From contig CAZEDM010000010.1 in assembly GCA_964511075.1 (NCBI GenBank), forward strand, positions 25,507 through 89,506: a stretch of 64,000 nt of DNA, written 5' to 3'. The notes beneath the pieces are model-generated. The model did no database searches and was not told the origin of the DNA. It was given only the letters and a program-made list of their open reading frames with translations. A program made the position numbers and the translations under genes. This document shows, piece after piece, positions 47,493-56,678 of this stretch (position 1 is the first letter of the stretch; each line of letters starts with the position of its first letter). This DNA is from an uncultured Ignavibacteria bacterium (GTDB lineage Bacteria > Zixibacteria > MSB-5A5 > RBG-16-43-9).

Positions 47493-49166
47493 TTAAATAT
47501 TCGTCCTGCTAACAGTTTTTTTGAAAAGGAGACTTTTCAAAGCCTCAGCCAAGAGGAGCAAAGTCAAAGCCAGAAGCACTAAAGCACCTAAGGGAACGAT
47601 CTGAAAACTTAAGGAGCCAGAGAAGATTTGTTCTAAGTAAGGTTGAGCCATCAGGATAAGTGACCATATGGTCATGATCAACATAAAAGCCATGGGTATA
47701 ACTGCATAAAACCAGGTCTTTCTGGTTTCCTTTAGCCAGACGGTGATTCCCAAAAGGGTTAAGGCTGCTAATAACTGATTGCTCGTTCCGAACAGGGGCC
47801 AGAAAATTCTCCAGGCTGGCAAAAAGTTTCCGGAGGGATCTTTTACTTTAAGCATTACTGAAAAAGCCGGAATCAGAAGGGTAAAAAAGGTGGGCCCAGC
47901 CTTGGAGAATCTCCCTCTCCAGTTAGTCAGCTCCTGAAATACATATCTTCCCAGCCTGGTACAGACATCCAGGGTGTCGTATATGAAGGTGGCAAAGGCT
48001 AAGAGGCCAAAGCTCATAGCGAGATCTGGATCTATCTTGAAAATAGAGAGGAATCTGCTTATTCCCCCAGCATAGATCTCGTCCGGCTTTCCCTTGAGCA
48101 AAGCTCCAGAGCGGGTGAGCATCATAAGTGTAGCCAGGGCGATGACTGCCACCAGTCCCTCCAGGAGCATCCCTCCGTAGCCGATCAGTTTGGCATCTCT
48201 CTCTTTTTTAAGCTGCTTGGAGGAGGTGCCTGAACTAACCACAGCATGGAAACCGGAGCAGGCACCACAGGCCACGGTTATGAAAAGTATAGGAAAAAGC
48301 GGTCCCTGATCGCTATTCCAGGTTATAAAAGGAGGGTAGCTTATCTTGAACCCTCCCAGAAGAATTCCAGATATCCCAGCTATTAAAGTCCCGTAGAGGA
48401 AAAGCCCTCCCAAATATCCTCTTGGCTGAAGCAGGAGCCATAAGGGAATGATGGAGGCTATGAAACAGTAGAACAGGAGAACTAAGTCCCAGAGCTTGAG
48501 TGGCTCCAATCCTAAAATGGGGGTGAGACTAATCGGTATTTTCTGCCCGTACCAGATGGCAAGCACTACCAGGGGCAGGAAAATCATCGTGGAAAGCCAT
48601 AAAGGGGACCTGAGCTTGTAAAGCGAGATACCCATAAATAAGGCCAAGGCAAGATAGATGAAAGAGGAGGAGGCAACCCCTGCCCCGTAGGTTTTCTGGA
48701 TAAAAGCATTGGCGGTAATATCAGTAAACGCAACTATGACATAGACCAAGGAAAACCAGATGAACAGAAGGAAAAGAAGGTAAGCTCTTCTGCTCATGTG
48801 CTCTTTAACCACCTGGGCAATAGACCTGGCTTTGTGTCTGACAGAGGCAACCAGGGAGGTTAAATCGTGCACTCCGCCTACGAGTATCGAGCCAACTAAT
48901 ATCCAGATCAAAGCAGGCAGCCAGCCGAACAGAAGCCCGGCTAAAATGGGTCCCACGATGGGACCTGCAGCAGAGATGGCAGAGAAATGCTGCCCCAAGA
49001 GGATTGCCCTGCGGGTAGGTATATAATCCACCCCGTCATACATGGTCAGTGAGGGGACCGGGTTTTTATCGTCTAATTTTAGCCTTTTTTCTAAAAATCT
49101 GCCGTAGAGCAAATAACCACCCAATAAAATCAGTCCTGAAAGCAATGCAATGAAAAGAAGACTCAT
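47493..49166 (-). CDS. cstA: carbon starvation protein A (peptide/pyruvate transporter family)
   Basis: The N-terminus MSLLFIALLSGLILLGGYLLYGRFLEKRL...QHFSAISAAGPIVGPILA is characteristic of CstA. 557 aa with many TM helices. Confidence 0.9.
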   Translation of the reverse strand: MSLLFIALLSGLILLGGYLLYGRFLEKRLKLDDKNPVPSLTMYDGVDYIPTRRAILLGQHFSAISAAGPIVGPILAGLLFGWLPALIWILVGSILVGGVHDLTSLVASVRHKARSIAQVVKEHMSRRAYLLFLLFIWFSLVYVIVAFTDITANAFIQKTYGAGVASSSFIYLALALFMGISLYKLRSPLWLSTMIFLPLVVLAIWYGQKIPISLTPILGLEPLKLWDLVLLFYCFIASIIPLWLLLQPRGYLGGLFLYGTLIAGISGILLGGFKISYPPFITWNSDQGPLFPILFITVACGACSGFHAVVSSGTSSKQLKKERDAKLIGYGGMLLEGLVAVIALATLMMLTRSGALLKGKPDEIYAGGISRFLSIFKIDPDLAMSFGLLAFATFIYDTLDVCTRLGRYVFQELTNWRGRFSKAGPTFFTLLIPAFSVMLKVKDPSGNFLPAWRIFWPLFGTSNQLLAALTLLGITVWLKETRKTWFYAVIPMAFMLIMTIWSLILMAQPYLEQIFSGSLSFQIVPLGALVLLALTLLLLAEALKSLLFKKTVSRTNI

Positions 49167-49169
49167 CTT

Positions 49170-49793
49170 TCAATTCCTTTTAGGGTTGAAGGGAACACCC
49201 GGGCAGATATTTTTCTGTGAACAGAACCGGCAGCCTGAATTTTTTAAATATACCTTTTCCAAGATCAACACCAAAATGTATATACAGAAAAACAATAGCC
49301 AGAAGAGGTTCCTGAATCTTATAAGTTGCAGCAATGAGCCTAAAAGGGGGAGAACCCAAACGGGATAGATAAACAACATATAATCGTAGCCTGAGGTGAA
49401 ATTATCTGCCTCACTTTTGGGAAAAAGATACCCGGCAATTTTACCCCAGCCAACATTACAATATTTTCTATAATAGAAACAATAGACACAGCGGGACAGG
49501 GGAAGCACCAGACTTATAGTCAGAAGGCTATAGAAGATATAGACATAGGAGAGCTCAGCCTTTATCTGATAAAAGACGTATATGCCCGAGCCAAAGATAA
49601 GTCCAAGCAGGATCAATCTTCCCAAGACCAGAGCCTTAGGATAATCTGAAAAACAGGGTTCTGATTTGATCTTCTTATCCTCTTCCATCCATCTGACCCC
49701 TAAACCCGAAAAAAAGATTGACCTTAAAAAAACAACTATATATATTAATAAAAAAATTTTTGAAACCAAAGGGATTTTTTCTCGTTTAATCAA
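49170..49793 (-). CDS. membrane protein with Cys clusters, hypothetical
   Basis: TTG start in the track with no clear SD. An alternative ATG lies at 49688. Motifs CVYCFYYRKYC and CRFCSQKNIC. Confidence 0.4.
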   Translation of the reverse strand: MIKREKIPLVSKIFLLIYIVVFLRSIFFSGLGVRWMEEDKKIKSEPCFSDYPKALVLGRLILLGLIFGSGIYVFYQIKAELSYVYIFYSLLTISLVLPLSRCVYCFYYRKYCNVGWGKIAGYLFPKSEADNFTSGYDYMLFIYPVWVLPLLGSLLQLIRFRNLFWLLFFCIYILVLILEKVYLKNSGCRFCSQKNICPGVPFNPKRN

Positions 49794-49817
49794 ATTGAGG
49801 TCAAAAAGGAAGGGAGT

Positions 49818-50963
49818 ATGACGAAACCTTTAAAGTTTTCTTCTCTTTTAGCGGTTATTTCTTTTCTACTTCTGCCTCAGATAATCTTGGCTACAGAGTT
49901 CAAAGCCGGGGATAACATAGTTATTCCGGAGTCAACCCTTATTCAGGATGACTATTTCATAAGTGGGGAAAATATCAAATTCTCCGGCATAATAGAGGGA
50001 GATTTTATCTCAGCCTGTCAAACCTTGACCAGCAAGGGAAAAGTTGAAGGGAATCTGATGGCAGTAGCCCAGCATATAGATATCTCCGGTGAGGTGGGCG
50101 GAAGCTTTCGCGGTGGTGCGCAGGATATCACCCTGGATAGCCAACTCGGAAGAAATTTTCTGGGATTTGCCCAGAGCATAAATCTTAAAGAGAGCTCTGA
50201 GATAGGCGGAGATGTGATAGCTTTTTGTGGAGACCTGAGAGTTTCAGGGAAAGTGGAAAAAGGCCTGAGGGGAAGTTTTGGCGCTGTGGTCATCTCTGGG
50301 ATAATAAATGGAGATGTAAACTTAGAGAAAGCAGACGAGGTAACCATACTGCCGGATGCAAGAATCTACGGAAATTTGAAGTATAAGTCTAAAAAGGAAG
50401 CCAAAATAGAAAAGGGTGCCGTGATAAGCGGAAAGGTTAACTGGACACAGATCCAGCCTAAAAAGGCAAAGAGGGGGTTAACCTGGGCTAAACTTCTCAT
50501 TGCATTTTTATTCTTCTGCGCATCATTAGTCACCGGGCTGTTTATGCTTCTCATAGCTAAAAAGGAGGTTAAGGCGGCTAAGGAGGCGGTGTTCAAGGAT
50601 TTTCTGAAGAACTTAGGTCTCGGCTTTGTCTTTGTGGTCTGCGTGCCGATTGCGGCGGTTATTTTGCTTTTCACTATGATAGGGATACCCCTATCCATCA
50701 TCGTAATTTTCGCCTATATGGTTCTTTTTTACGTTGCCAAGATCTTCGTAGGAATGGCTCTGGGTGAGAAAGTACTACAGCTTTTCAAGACAAACGGTGT
50801 GCCCTCTGCAAGTTGGTCTTTGTTGATCGGGCTTTTTATACTTTATATATTGTTTTTAATCCCTTACCTGAACTGGATGATATATCTTTTAACTCTTTTC
50901 GTTGGTTTCGGCTCAGTCCTTCAAGCCAAGAAATATCTTATCCCTCCCTCACCAACCACCTAA
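49818..50963 (+). CDS. bactofilin-like (polymer-forming cytoskeletal family) beta-helix protein with signal peptide and C-terminal TM helices
   Basis: RBS aaggaaggg. N-terminal signal (SSLLAVISFLLLPQIILA). Repeating G.V.G.(I/L).. units of about 18 aa run through residues 25-200. Three or four TM helices follow at the C-terminus. Confidence 0.5.
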   Translation: MTKPLKFSSLLAVISFLLLPQIILATEFKAGDNIVIPESTLIQDDYFISGENIKFSGIIEGDFISACQTLTSKGKVEGNLMAVAQHIDISGEVGGSFRGGAQDITLDSQLGRNFLGFAQSINLKESSEIGGDVIAFCGDLRVSGKVEKGLRGSFGAVVISGIINGDVNLEKADEVTILPDARIYGNLKYKSKKEAKIEKGAVISGKVNWTQIQPKKAKRGLTWAKLLIAFLFFCASLVTGLFMLLIAKKEVKAAKEAVFKDFLKNLGLGFVFVVCVPIAAVILLFTMIGIPLSIIVIFAYMVLFYVAKIFVGMALGEKVLQLFKTNGVPSASWSLLIGLFILYILFLIPYLNWMIYLLTLFVGFGSVLQAKKYLIPPSPTT

Positions 50964-50973
50964 CTCTTACCTG

Positions 50974-51003
50974 AAAAAAGCCCCCTGCTGGGGGCTTTTT
51001 TGT
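50974..51003 (+). terminator. intrinsic terminator after the bactofilin-like gene
   Basis: aaaaaagccccc-tgctg-ggggcttttttt. Confidence 0.85.
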
Positions 51004-51115
51004 TGGTATTTCGAAGCGTTTGGGTTTGTCCAAAACGTTTTTATTGGTGTAGGGACGGAACATTATTCTGTCCCTACAAAAGATGGTATAAGATAGGTGT
51101 CCTGCCGTTACCTCT

Positions 51116-51562
51116 TTAAGACCCTTTTTTCTTCTCCAAAATCTCCTCAGCCAATGATAAAGCCACCCCGGAAAGCATTACCTCCACCCCCAATTTGGTG
51201 AAATCTCCTGAGATGAGCTCCCTCTTGACATTGGCATAAAAGGCGCAGGCAGCTTCTTTTTCTACCACCAGCCCGGAGATTTTTCCGGCGCTTTCTCCTA
51301 CAAAGGTGACCTCGCCCAATTCCTCACTTATCACGTAGCCGGACAGGTTATGCAGCTGAAGATGACAATTAGAGGTATAGACCACTACCAAGGGACCTTT
51401 GGATTTTCCTAAGGTTACCTCCGGGTAAAGCTCTAAGATTACGCTTCTTTTTCCTTTGAGGTTGACTATTTTCAGCCGGTGATGGTCTTTTTCCTGACAG
51501 AGGCTTTCCGGCTTAAGGCAGGCTGCGATTTTTTTGATATCTTTTTCCGAAAATATTCCCAT
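51116..51562 (-). CDS. hypothetical protein
   Basis: Start chosen at MGIFSEKDIKK, and the track ORF extends 8 codons upstream. No recognised motifs. Confidence 0.4.
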   Translation of the reverse strand: MGIFSEKDIKKIAACLKPESLCQEKDHHRLKIVNLKGKRSVILELYPEVTLGKSKGPLVVVYTSNCHLQLHNLSGYVISEELGEVTFVGESAGKISGLVVEKEAACAFYANVKRELISGDFTKLGVEVMLSGVALSLAEEILEKKKGS

Positions 51563-51600
51563 CTGTCTTTCCCTAATACCTACCACCTATAGACTATTCA

Positions 51601-51867
51601 TCATAGATACCACCATCTGAAATAAACCAGAACCGATATCACCATTAAAATAGAGACGAAGTTGATCTTAATCATCAATCCGAAGGCAAGGGATATGGAA
51701 TAGAATTCCAGGGAAATGGTTTTAAAACCTACATCAATGCTTCTGGTGAAAAGGGTCTTGATGGCACCCTCCGGTAGGAAGGAGCCGACCAGATTGCCGA
51801 CCAGACCTCCCACCACTGCAGCCAGGAGCAGAATGATGACTATGGATGTTATCTCCGGGGTTCTCAA
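51601..51867 (-). CDS. small membrane protein (2 TM), hypothetical
   Basis: 88-aa ORF overlapping the purQ stop by 4 nt. Confidence 0.4.
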   Translation of the reverse strand: MRTPEITSIVIILLLAAVVGGLVGNLVGSFLPEGAIKTLFTRSIDVGFKTISLEFYSISLAFGLMIKINFVSILMVISVLVYFRWWYL

Positions 51868-52565
51868 TTCATCTTCCCTCTGACGAAACGAACGATCGAT
51901 TCAAATATATATCTGCCATCCTCTGAGTCTAAGATTTTCTCCCCGCACCTCTCCGGATGAGGCATCATTCCCAGCACGTTTCTTTTGAGATTGCAGATAC
52001 CGGCTATATCGTCCAGCGCACCATTGGGATTGTAGGAAGGGTCCAAATTCCCTTCAGGATCACAATAGCGAAAAACGATCTGCTTATTATCCTGCAACTC
52101 CTCAAGCCCTTTTGAGGGAATATAATAATTTCCATCGGTATGTGCCACAGGTATTTTCAAGACCTGGTTATCACGGCAGACATTGGTGAAAGGGGTGTTT
52201 GTCTCCTCTGTCCTGACATGAACATATCTACATACAAATCTCAAAGAGATGTTCCTCAACATAGCACCGGGCAGAAGCCCTGCCTCTAAGAGGATTTGAA
52301 AACCGTTACAGATACCGATAACCAGCCCTCCATTTCTGGCAAACTCAAAAACTTTTTTCATTATGGGGGCAAACCGTGCAATAGCCCCGGTGCGTAAGTA
52401 GTCCCCATAGGAAAATCCACCCGGCAGAATCAAGCAATCGCAGTTCCGCAGCTCCTCTTCCTGGTGCCAGAGGAACTCCACCTCCTGTTTTATCACCGAT
52501 TTCACCATCTGGTAGGCATCGTAGTCGCAGTTAGAGCCGGGAAAGATGATCACGCCGAATTTCAT
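51864..52565 (-). CDS. purQ: phosphoribosylformylglycinamidine synthase subunit PurQ (glutamine amidotransferase)
   Basis: [18 protein letters not shown]... with the GATase catalytic GICNGFQIL and a His near the C-terminus. Confidence 0.9.
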   Translation of the reverse strand: MKFGVIIFPGSNCDYDAYQMVKSVIKQEVEFLWHQEEELRNCDCLILPGGFSYGDYLRTGAIARFAPIMKKVFEFARNGGLVIGICNGFQILLEAGLLPGAMLRNISLRFVCRYVHVRTEETNTPFTNVCRDNQVLKIPVAHTDGNYYIPSKGLEELQDNKQIVFRYCDPEGNLDPSYNPNGALDDIAGICNLKRNVLGMMPHPERCGEKILDSEDGRYIFESIVRFVRGKMN

Positions 52566-52825
52566 TTCAATATCTCCACCTTGAAGTCCTCAATCACCGG
52601 GTTAGCCAAAAGCTTATCCGAGATCTCATTCAGCAGTTTCTGAGCCTCCTTTTCGTTATCTGCGAGAAAGTTTATCTCAAAGAATTTCCCGCTTCTTATC
52701 TCCTCAACTCCCTTATAGCCCATATCGTCCAGAGCTCTTTTTATGGTGGTGCCCTGGGGGTCCAAGACGCCCTCCTTTAACCTGACATAAACTACTGCCT
52801 TTTTGACTTTTTCGCTTTTGCTCAT
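52562..52825 (-). CDS. purS: phosphoribosylformylglycinamidine synthase subunit PurS
   Basis: The 87-aa ORF has the [21 protein letters not shown] pattern typical of PurS. It overlaps purQ by 4 nt. Confidence 0.85.
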   Translation of the reverse strand: MSKSEKVKKAVVYVRLKEGVLDPQGTTIKRALDDMGYKGVEEIRSGKFFEINFLADNEKEAQKLLNEISDKLLANPVIEDFKVEILK

Positions 52826-52849
52826 ATCTACCGTCTCTTTAATAATTTT

Positions 52850-53575
52850 TTATTTATCTGCCAAGTCTTCCTCTTCTGGTTCTACCTGAATCAAACGGTA
52901 GATCTCCCTGCTAACCCCGGAGAGAATGTAGATCATCCCCAGGGGGAAGATAACCAGTCTGGGTTTTATCAAGACCGCGATGAAAGCTCCCAGAATACAT
53001 ATTAGTTTAATCATATTTTTTCTGGAATTCAAGGAAAATTTTGGCAGGGTGTCATATTCTATTCCGCTGACCATAAGTGCGGAGAAAACTATTATCATGG
53101 TGACCAGGGCTTCGGGATGGGTAAGCTCACCCCAGAGCTGGTAGGAGAAAAGGGTGTAACCGCAAAGGGTGACTGCAGCCATAGGAATCGGCAGTCCGGT
53201 GAAATAGAGCTTATCCTCAAGTCTTGATTCCAAGTTAAAACGGGCTAATCTGAAAGCACCGCAGATTATGAAGAGAAAACCTAAAATCCAGCCCCAGGTG
53301 CCCAGCACGTAGAGTTTGAAAGAATAGAAAATAACTGCCGGGGCAACTCCAAAGGAGACTAAATCTGCAAAGGAGTCCAGCTCAATGCCGAAACGGGAAG
53401 TGCTTCTGGAAAAGCGGGCAAGCTTACCATCCAGGGCATCGAAAAAGCCGGCTAAGATCACAAGCCAGCAAGCTGAAACTGCCTCTCCCTCAAAGCTCTG
53501 CAGGATGGATAAAAACCCGCAGAGCATATTGCCTACAGTGAAAACTCCGGGGAAGAAACTTTTGAAATCTCGCAT
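52850..53575 (-). CDS. pssA: CDP-diacylglycerol--serine O-phosphatidyltransferase (CDP-alcohol phosphatidyltransferase family)
   Basis: Motif DALDGKLAR....S.FG.ELDSFADLVSFGVAP, i.e. D(x)2DG(x)2AR...G...D. Confidence 0.85.
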   Translation of the reverse strand: MRDFKSFFPGVFTVGNMLCGFLSILQSFEGEAVSACWLVILAGFFDALDGKLARFSRSTSRFGIELDSFADLVSFGVAPAVIFYSFKLYVLGTWGWILGFLFIICGAFRLARFNLESRLEDKLYFTGLPIPMAAVTLCGYTLFSYQLWGELTHPEALVTMIIVFSALMVSGIEYDTLPKFSLNSRKNMIKLICILGAFIAVLIKPRLVIFPLGMIYILSGVSREIYRLIQVEPEEEDLADK

Positions 53576-53592
53576 GTGTAATCTTTTTATAT

Positions 53593-53711
53593 GGAGTGCA
53601 AACCTTCAGGTTTGCGTGAATTTAGACTTTTGTTTCTACACTGTTCGTGCGGGAATGGGAATTCCCGCACGCAATTCACTCCTAAGGTTCGGGAAATCCA
53701 ATTCCCGAACC
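53593..53711. repeat. cluster of GC-rich perfect hairpins (REP-like / candidate structured RNA) in the psd-pssA gap
   Basis: Hairpins gcaaacc-ttca-ggtttgc, gtgcgggaat-ggg-attcccgcac (10 bp) and ggttcgggaa-atcca-ttcccgaacc (10 bp). A long-range pairing joins ggagtg..gtgaatt to aattcactcc. Confidence 0.6.
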
Positions 53712-53733
53712 AATCCTGAAAGACCTTGAGGCT

Positions 53734-54378
53734 TTACGCTCCATAGGTTCCGATAATACTCTCACCTGCTTTGACCTTCTGGTTCAACTTCACCGTGATT
53801 TTAACCTTCTCCGGCAGGAAAAGCTCCACCCTTGAGCCGAATTTTATCATCCCGAATCTTTCTCCTGCTTTGATCTTATCTCCCTCTTTTATCCGGCAGA
53901 CAATCCTGCGGGCAAGAAAACCGGAGATCTGTCTTAAAACCAGTTTCACATCCTCATTTTCTAAGCCCAGCTCGTTGCGCTCGTTTTCCAGAGAAGCTTC
54001 TTCTTTATAGCTGAGGTTGAATTTACCCGGAGTATATTTCGTGTATCTGACAACCCCGCTTATGGGGTTTCTGTTTATATGCACATCCAGCAAAGACAGG
54101 AAAATCGAGACCTTGGTGCCAGAGGAATTTAAAAATTTATTTTCGGAGAAAGGGTAAAGCTCCACTATTTTACCATCCGCAGGGGAAAGGATGAAATTAT
54201 CACCTATAACAATTTTCCTCTCCGGGTCCCGAAAAGAGAAAAGAAAGAAAAGAGTAAGGAGGGAAAAAATGATCGTTAAGCCTGAGAGGATTTCGCTCTG
54301 GGTGAGAACGGAAAATAAAAAAAGAATAATAGTCAAAATCAAACTGGTGAAGATAATTCCTAAACCTTCTTTGGACAT
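53734..54378 (-). CDS. psd: phosphatidylserine decarboxylase (short, archaeal-type family)
   Basis: N-terminal TMs. The C-terminus FGMIKFGSRVELFLP carries the G-S self-cleavage site typical of Psd proenzymes. Confidence 0.8.
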   Translation of the reverse strand: MSKEGLGIIFTSLILTIILFLFSVLTQSEILSGLTIIFSLLTLFFLFSFRDPERKIVIGDNFILSPADGKIVELYPFSENKFLNSSGTKVSIFLSLLDVHINRNPISGVVRYTKYTPGKFNLSYKEEASLENERNELGLENEDVKLVLRQISGFLARRIVCRIKEGDKIKAGERFGMIKFGSRVELFLPEKVKITVKLNQKVKAGESIIGTYGA

Positions 54379-54404
54379 GTCATTTCCTTATAATCACTAG
54401 AGAA

Positions 54405-54755
54405 TTATTTGTGATCTGATAATTTGCCCTCGAAATCTCTTATAATCTTGTTCCCCTCTTTTACAAATTCTTTATAGTAATCTTTAACTCTATTAATTAT
54501 TCTATCAATAAAAACTAGCTTGCCATCTTCGCCAAATCTTTTCCCTATAAGCTGTTCATATTCAAACTTGTTCTTTTTTGAAAACTTTTCAGAACCTTTC
54601 TTTTTAATGCTTGCAATTGAGTATGGTTGTACAAAGTTTTGAATCGCCACTTCTAAAAGTGTATGTCCACAAGAAAAATAATTGATGACTCTACCAAATT
54701 CATCAGTTTCTCTTTTCATCATTTCAACTTCTTTTTTACATGTTGGACAAATCAT
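54405..54755 (-). CDS. zinc-ribbon protein, hypothetical
   Basis: N-terminal CPTC...CGH motif in a 116-aa Lys-rich protein. Confidence 0.45.
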   Translation of the reverse strand: MICPTCKKEVEMMKRETDEFGRVINYFSCGHTLLEVAIQNFVQPYSIASIKKKGSEKFSKKNKFEYEQLIGKRFGEDGKLVFIDRIINRVKDYYKEFVKEGNKIIRDFEGKLSDHK

Positions 54756-54820
54756 ATTTTACTCTTAACATTTTTATTTAGCCTCTCTAAACTTTTTGTT
54801 TTAAGTTGCTGGCTAAACAA

Positions 54821-55318
54821 TCACTTTTTGAATCCTATTTGTCTTGTCTTAGATTCCGGAGTGGTCAATAGTGTTTTTATTGCATCAAAAACTACTTTAA
54901 ATTGCTGGTCGTATTTCTTTTCCATTTCTTCTATCTTTCTTTGTAGATCCTTATGAGTTGTCATTATTTCTCTTAATTTGGCAAAGGTTCGCATAATCTG
55001 GATATTAACAAAGATTGCCTTTTTGCTTCTTAAAACACTGGACAACATTGCTACACCCTGTTCAGTGAAAGCAAACACATTTGGAGCATGCTTAATCTTT
55101 GAACTTATCACAATTTGTGATAAGTTAATGATTTGCTGGCGAGTTAAAGGAAACATAAAATCCTCAGGGAAACGCTCAATGTTTCTTCTAACAGCTTGAT
55201 TTAATACTCTGGTTTCAACACCGTATAGCTCGGCTAAGTCGCGATCTATCATCACCTTCTGTCCTTTAATCAAATAAATCCTGCTTTCTATTCGCTGTAG
55301 GGGAATTAGATCTTTCAT
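54821..55318 (-). CDS. ORF6N-domain (KilA-N-related DNA-binding) protein
   Basis: GQKVMIDRDLAELYGVETRVLNQAVRRNIERFPEDFMF.LT...FAFTEQGVAMLSSVLRS matches the ORF6N domain consensus as I recall it. Confidence 0.7.
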   Translation of the reverse strand: MKDLIPLQRIESRIYLIKGQKVMIDRDLAELYGVETRVLNQAVRRNIERFPEDFMFPLTRQQIINLSQIVISSKIKHAPNVFAFTEQGVAMLSSVLRSKKAIFVNIQIMRTFAKLREIMTTHKDLQRKIEEMEKKYDQQFKVVFDAIKTLLTTPESKTRQIGFKK

Positions 55319-55367
55319 GGTCTTTTCCTCAGAAACATATCTTTCAGGATACTTAATTACTACCTAT

Positions 55368-56675
55368 TTATCGTTTCCTTTTCTGCGTAAACACCCTCTT
55401 AAAAATATAATCCACATTCCTCAGATAATATTTCAAATCAAAACAGTCCAGAATCTCTTTCTGGCTTAAGTATTTTATAATCCCCTGATCTTTAAGGACT
55501 AATTCTTTAAAGCTTTCCCCGGTATTCCAGGCTCTCATTGCATTTTCCTGCACCAAAGTGTAGGCTTCTTCTCTGGTTTTGGTTTTCTGGGTAAGTTTGG
55601 TCAGAACCCTCTGGGAGAAGACCAGTCCTTTGGTCAGGTTTATATTTTTTAACATATTCTCCGGATAGACAGTCAGGTTTTCCATAATACTCTTAAAATT
55701 GACCAGCATATAATCGACTAAACTGGTGGAATCAGGCAAAATCACCCTTTCCACTGCGGAGTTGGTGATATCCCTTTCATGCCACAAGTTCGCATTTTCC
55801 AGAGCGGTTAAGGCACATCCTCTTATCACCCTTGCCATTCCAGTTAGCCTTTCGCACATAAATGGGTTTCTTTTGTGAGGCATTGCGGATGAGCCTTTTT
55901 GCCCTTTGGTGAACCCTTCCTCTAATTCCAGGACCTCGGTCCTTTGAAGGTTCCTTATCTCTGTGGCGAATTTTTCGATCGAGCCTGCGATTATTGCCAT
56001 TGTAGTTACGAACTCCGCGTGCCTGTCTCTCTGAAGTATCTGGGTGGAGACCGAAGCTGGGGTAAGACCTGCTTTTCTGCAGACATATTCTTCAACCTTA
56101 GGGGAAAGGTGAGCGAAATTCCCCACTGCACCGGAAAGCTTTCCCACGGAAACGGTCCTTATGGCTTTTTCCAGTCTCCCTATAGCCCTTTCTATCTCCG
56201 CAAACCATAGGGCGAATTTCAGGCCTAAGCTTATGGGTTCTGCCTGGACCCCATGGGTTCTGCCTATCATAGGCGTATTTTTATACTTTAAGGCTTTCTT
56301 TTTGGTGACCTTTCCAAGTTCTTCTAGGTCCCTGAGGATTATGTTACCGGCATCTTTTAAGAGAAGGGAAAGGGCTGTATCCACCACATCATAGGAGGTC
56401 ATCCCCAGGTGAACATATTTGGAGTCCTCTCCGATATACTCAGCCAGATTGGTCAGGAAAGCAATAACGTCGTGTTTTACTTTCTGTTCGATCCGGTTAA
56501 TCTTCTTTACATTGAAATTAGCCTTTTTGCGAATGCGAGGGACTACACTTTTTGGTATATTCCCTAATTTCGCCTGAGCCTCGCAGGCTAAGATCTCGAT
56601 CTCTATCCATTTTCTGAACTTGTTCTCATCTGACCACAGCTTTTGCATCTGTGGCAGTGTATATCTTTCAATCAT
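55368..56675 (-). CDS. purB: adenylosuccinate lyase
   Basis: MIERYTLPQMQKLWSDENKFRKWIEIEI..., the fumarate-lyase signature GSSAMPHKRNP, and a 435-aa length. Confidence 0.9.
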   Translation of the reverse strand: MIERYTLPQMQKLWSDENKFRKWIEIEILACEAQAKLGNIPKSVVPRIRKKANFNVKKINRIEQKVKHDVIAFLTNLAEYIGEDSKYVHLGMTSYDVVDTALSLLLKDAGNIILRDLEELGKVTKKKALKYKNTPMIGRTHGVQAEPISLGLKFALWFAEIERAIGRLEKAIRTVSVGKLSGAVGNFAHLSPKVEEYVCRKAGLTPASVSTQILQRDRHAEFVTTMAIIAGSIEKFATEIRNLQRTEVLELEEGFTKGQKGSSAMPHKRNPFMCERLTGMARVIRGCALTALENANLWHERDITNSAVERVILPDSTSLVDYMLVNFKSIMENLTVYPENMLKNINLTKGLVFSQRVLTKLTQKTKTREEAYTLVQENAMRAWNTGESFKELVLKDQGIIKYLSQKEILDCFDLKYYLRNVDYIFKRVFTQKRKR

Positions 56676-56678
56676 ATT

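Larger units (their letters stand above)
54380..55340. other. AT-rich two-gene islet inserted between psd and purB
   Basis: Clearly more AT-rich than the flanking housekeeping genes. It contains an ORF6N-domain gene and a zinc-ribbon gene. Confidence 0.4.

Noticed and set aside
49791-49793. Apparent non-ATG start codon of the 49170-49793 gene
   Set aside because: Re-reading the sequence shows the first codon is TTG. The ORF track accepts TTG and GTG starts. The start remains uncertain because there is no SD and only 24 bp to the divergent gene, but it is not an anomaly.
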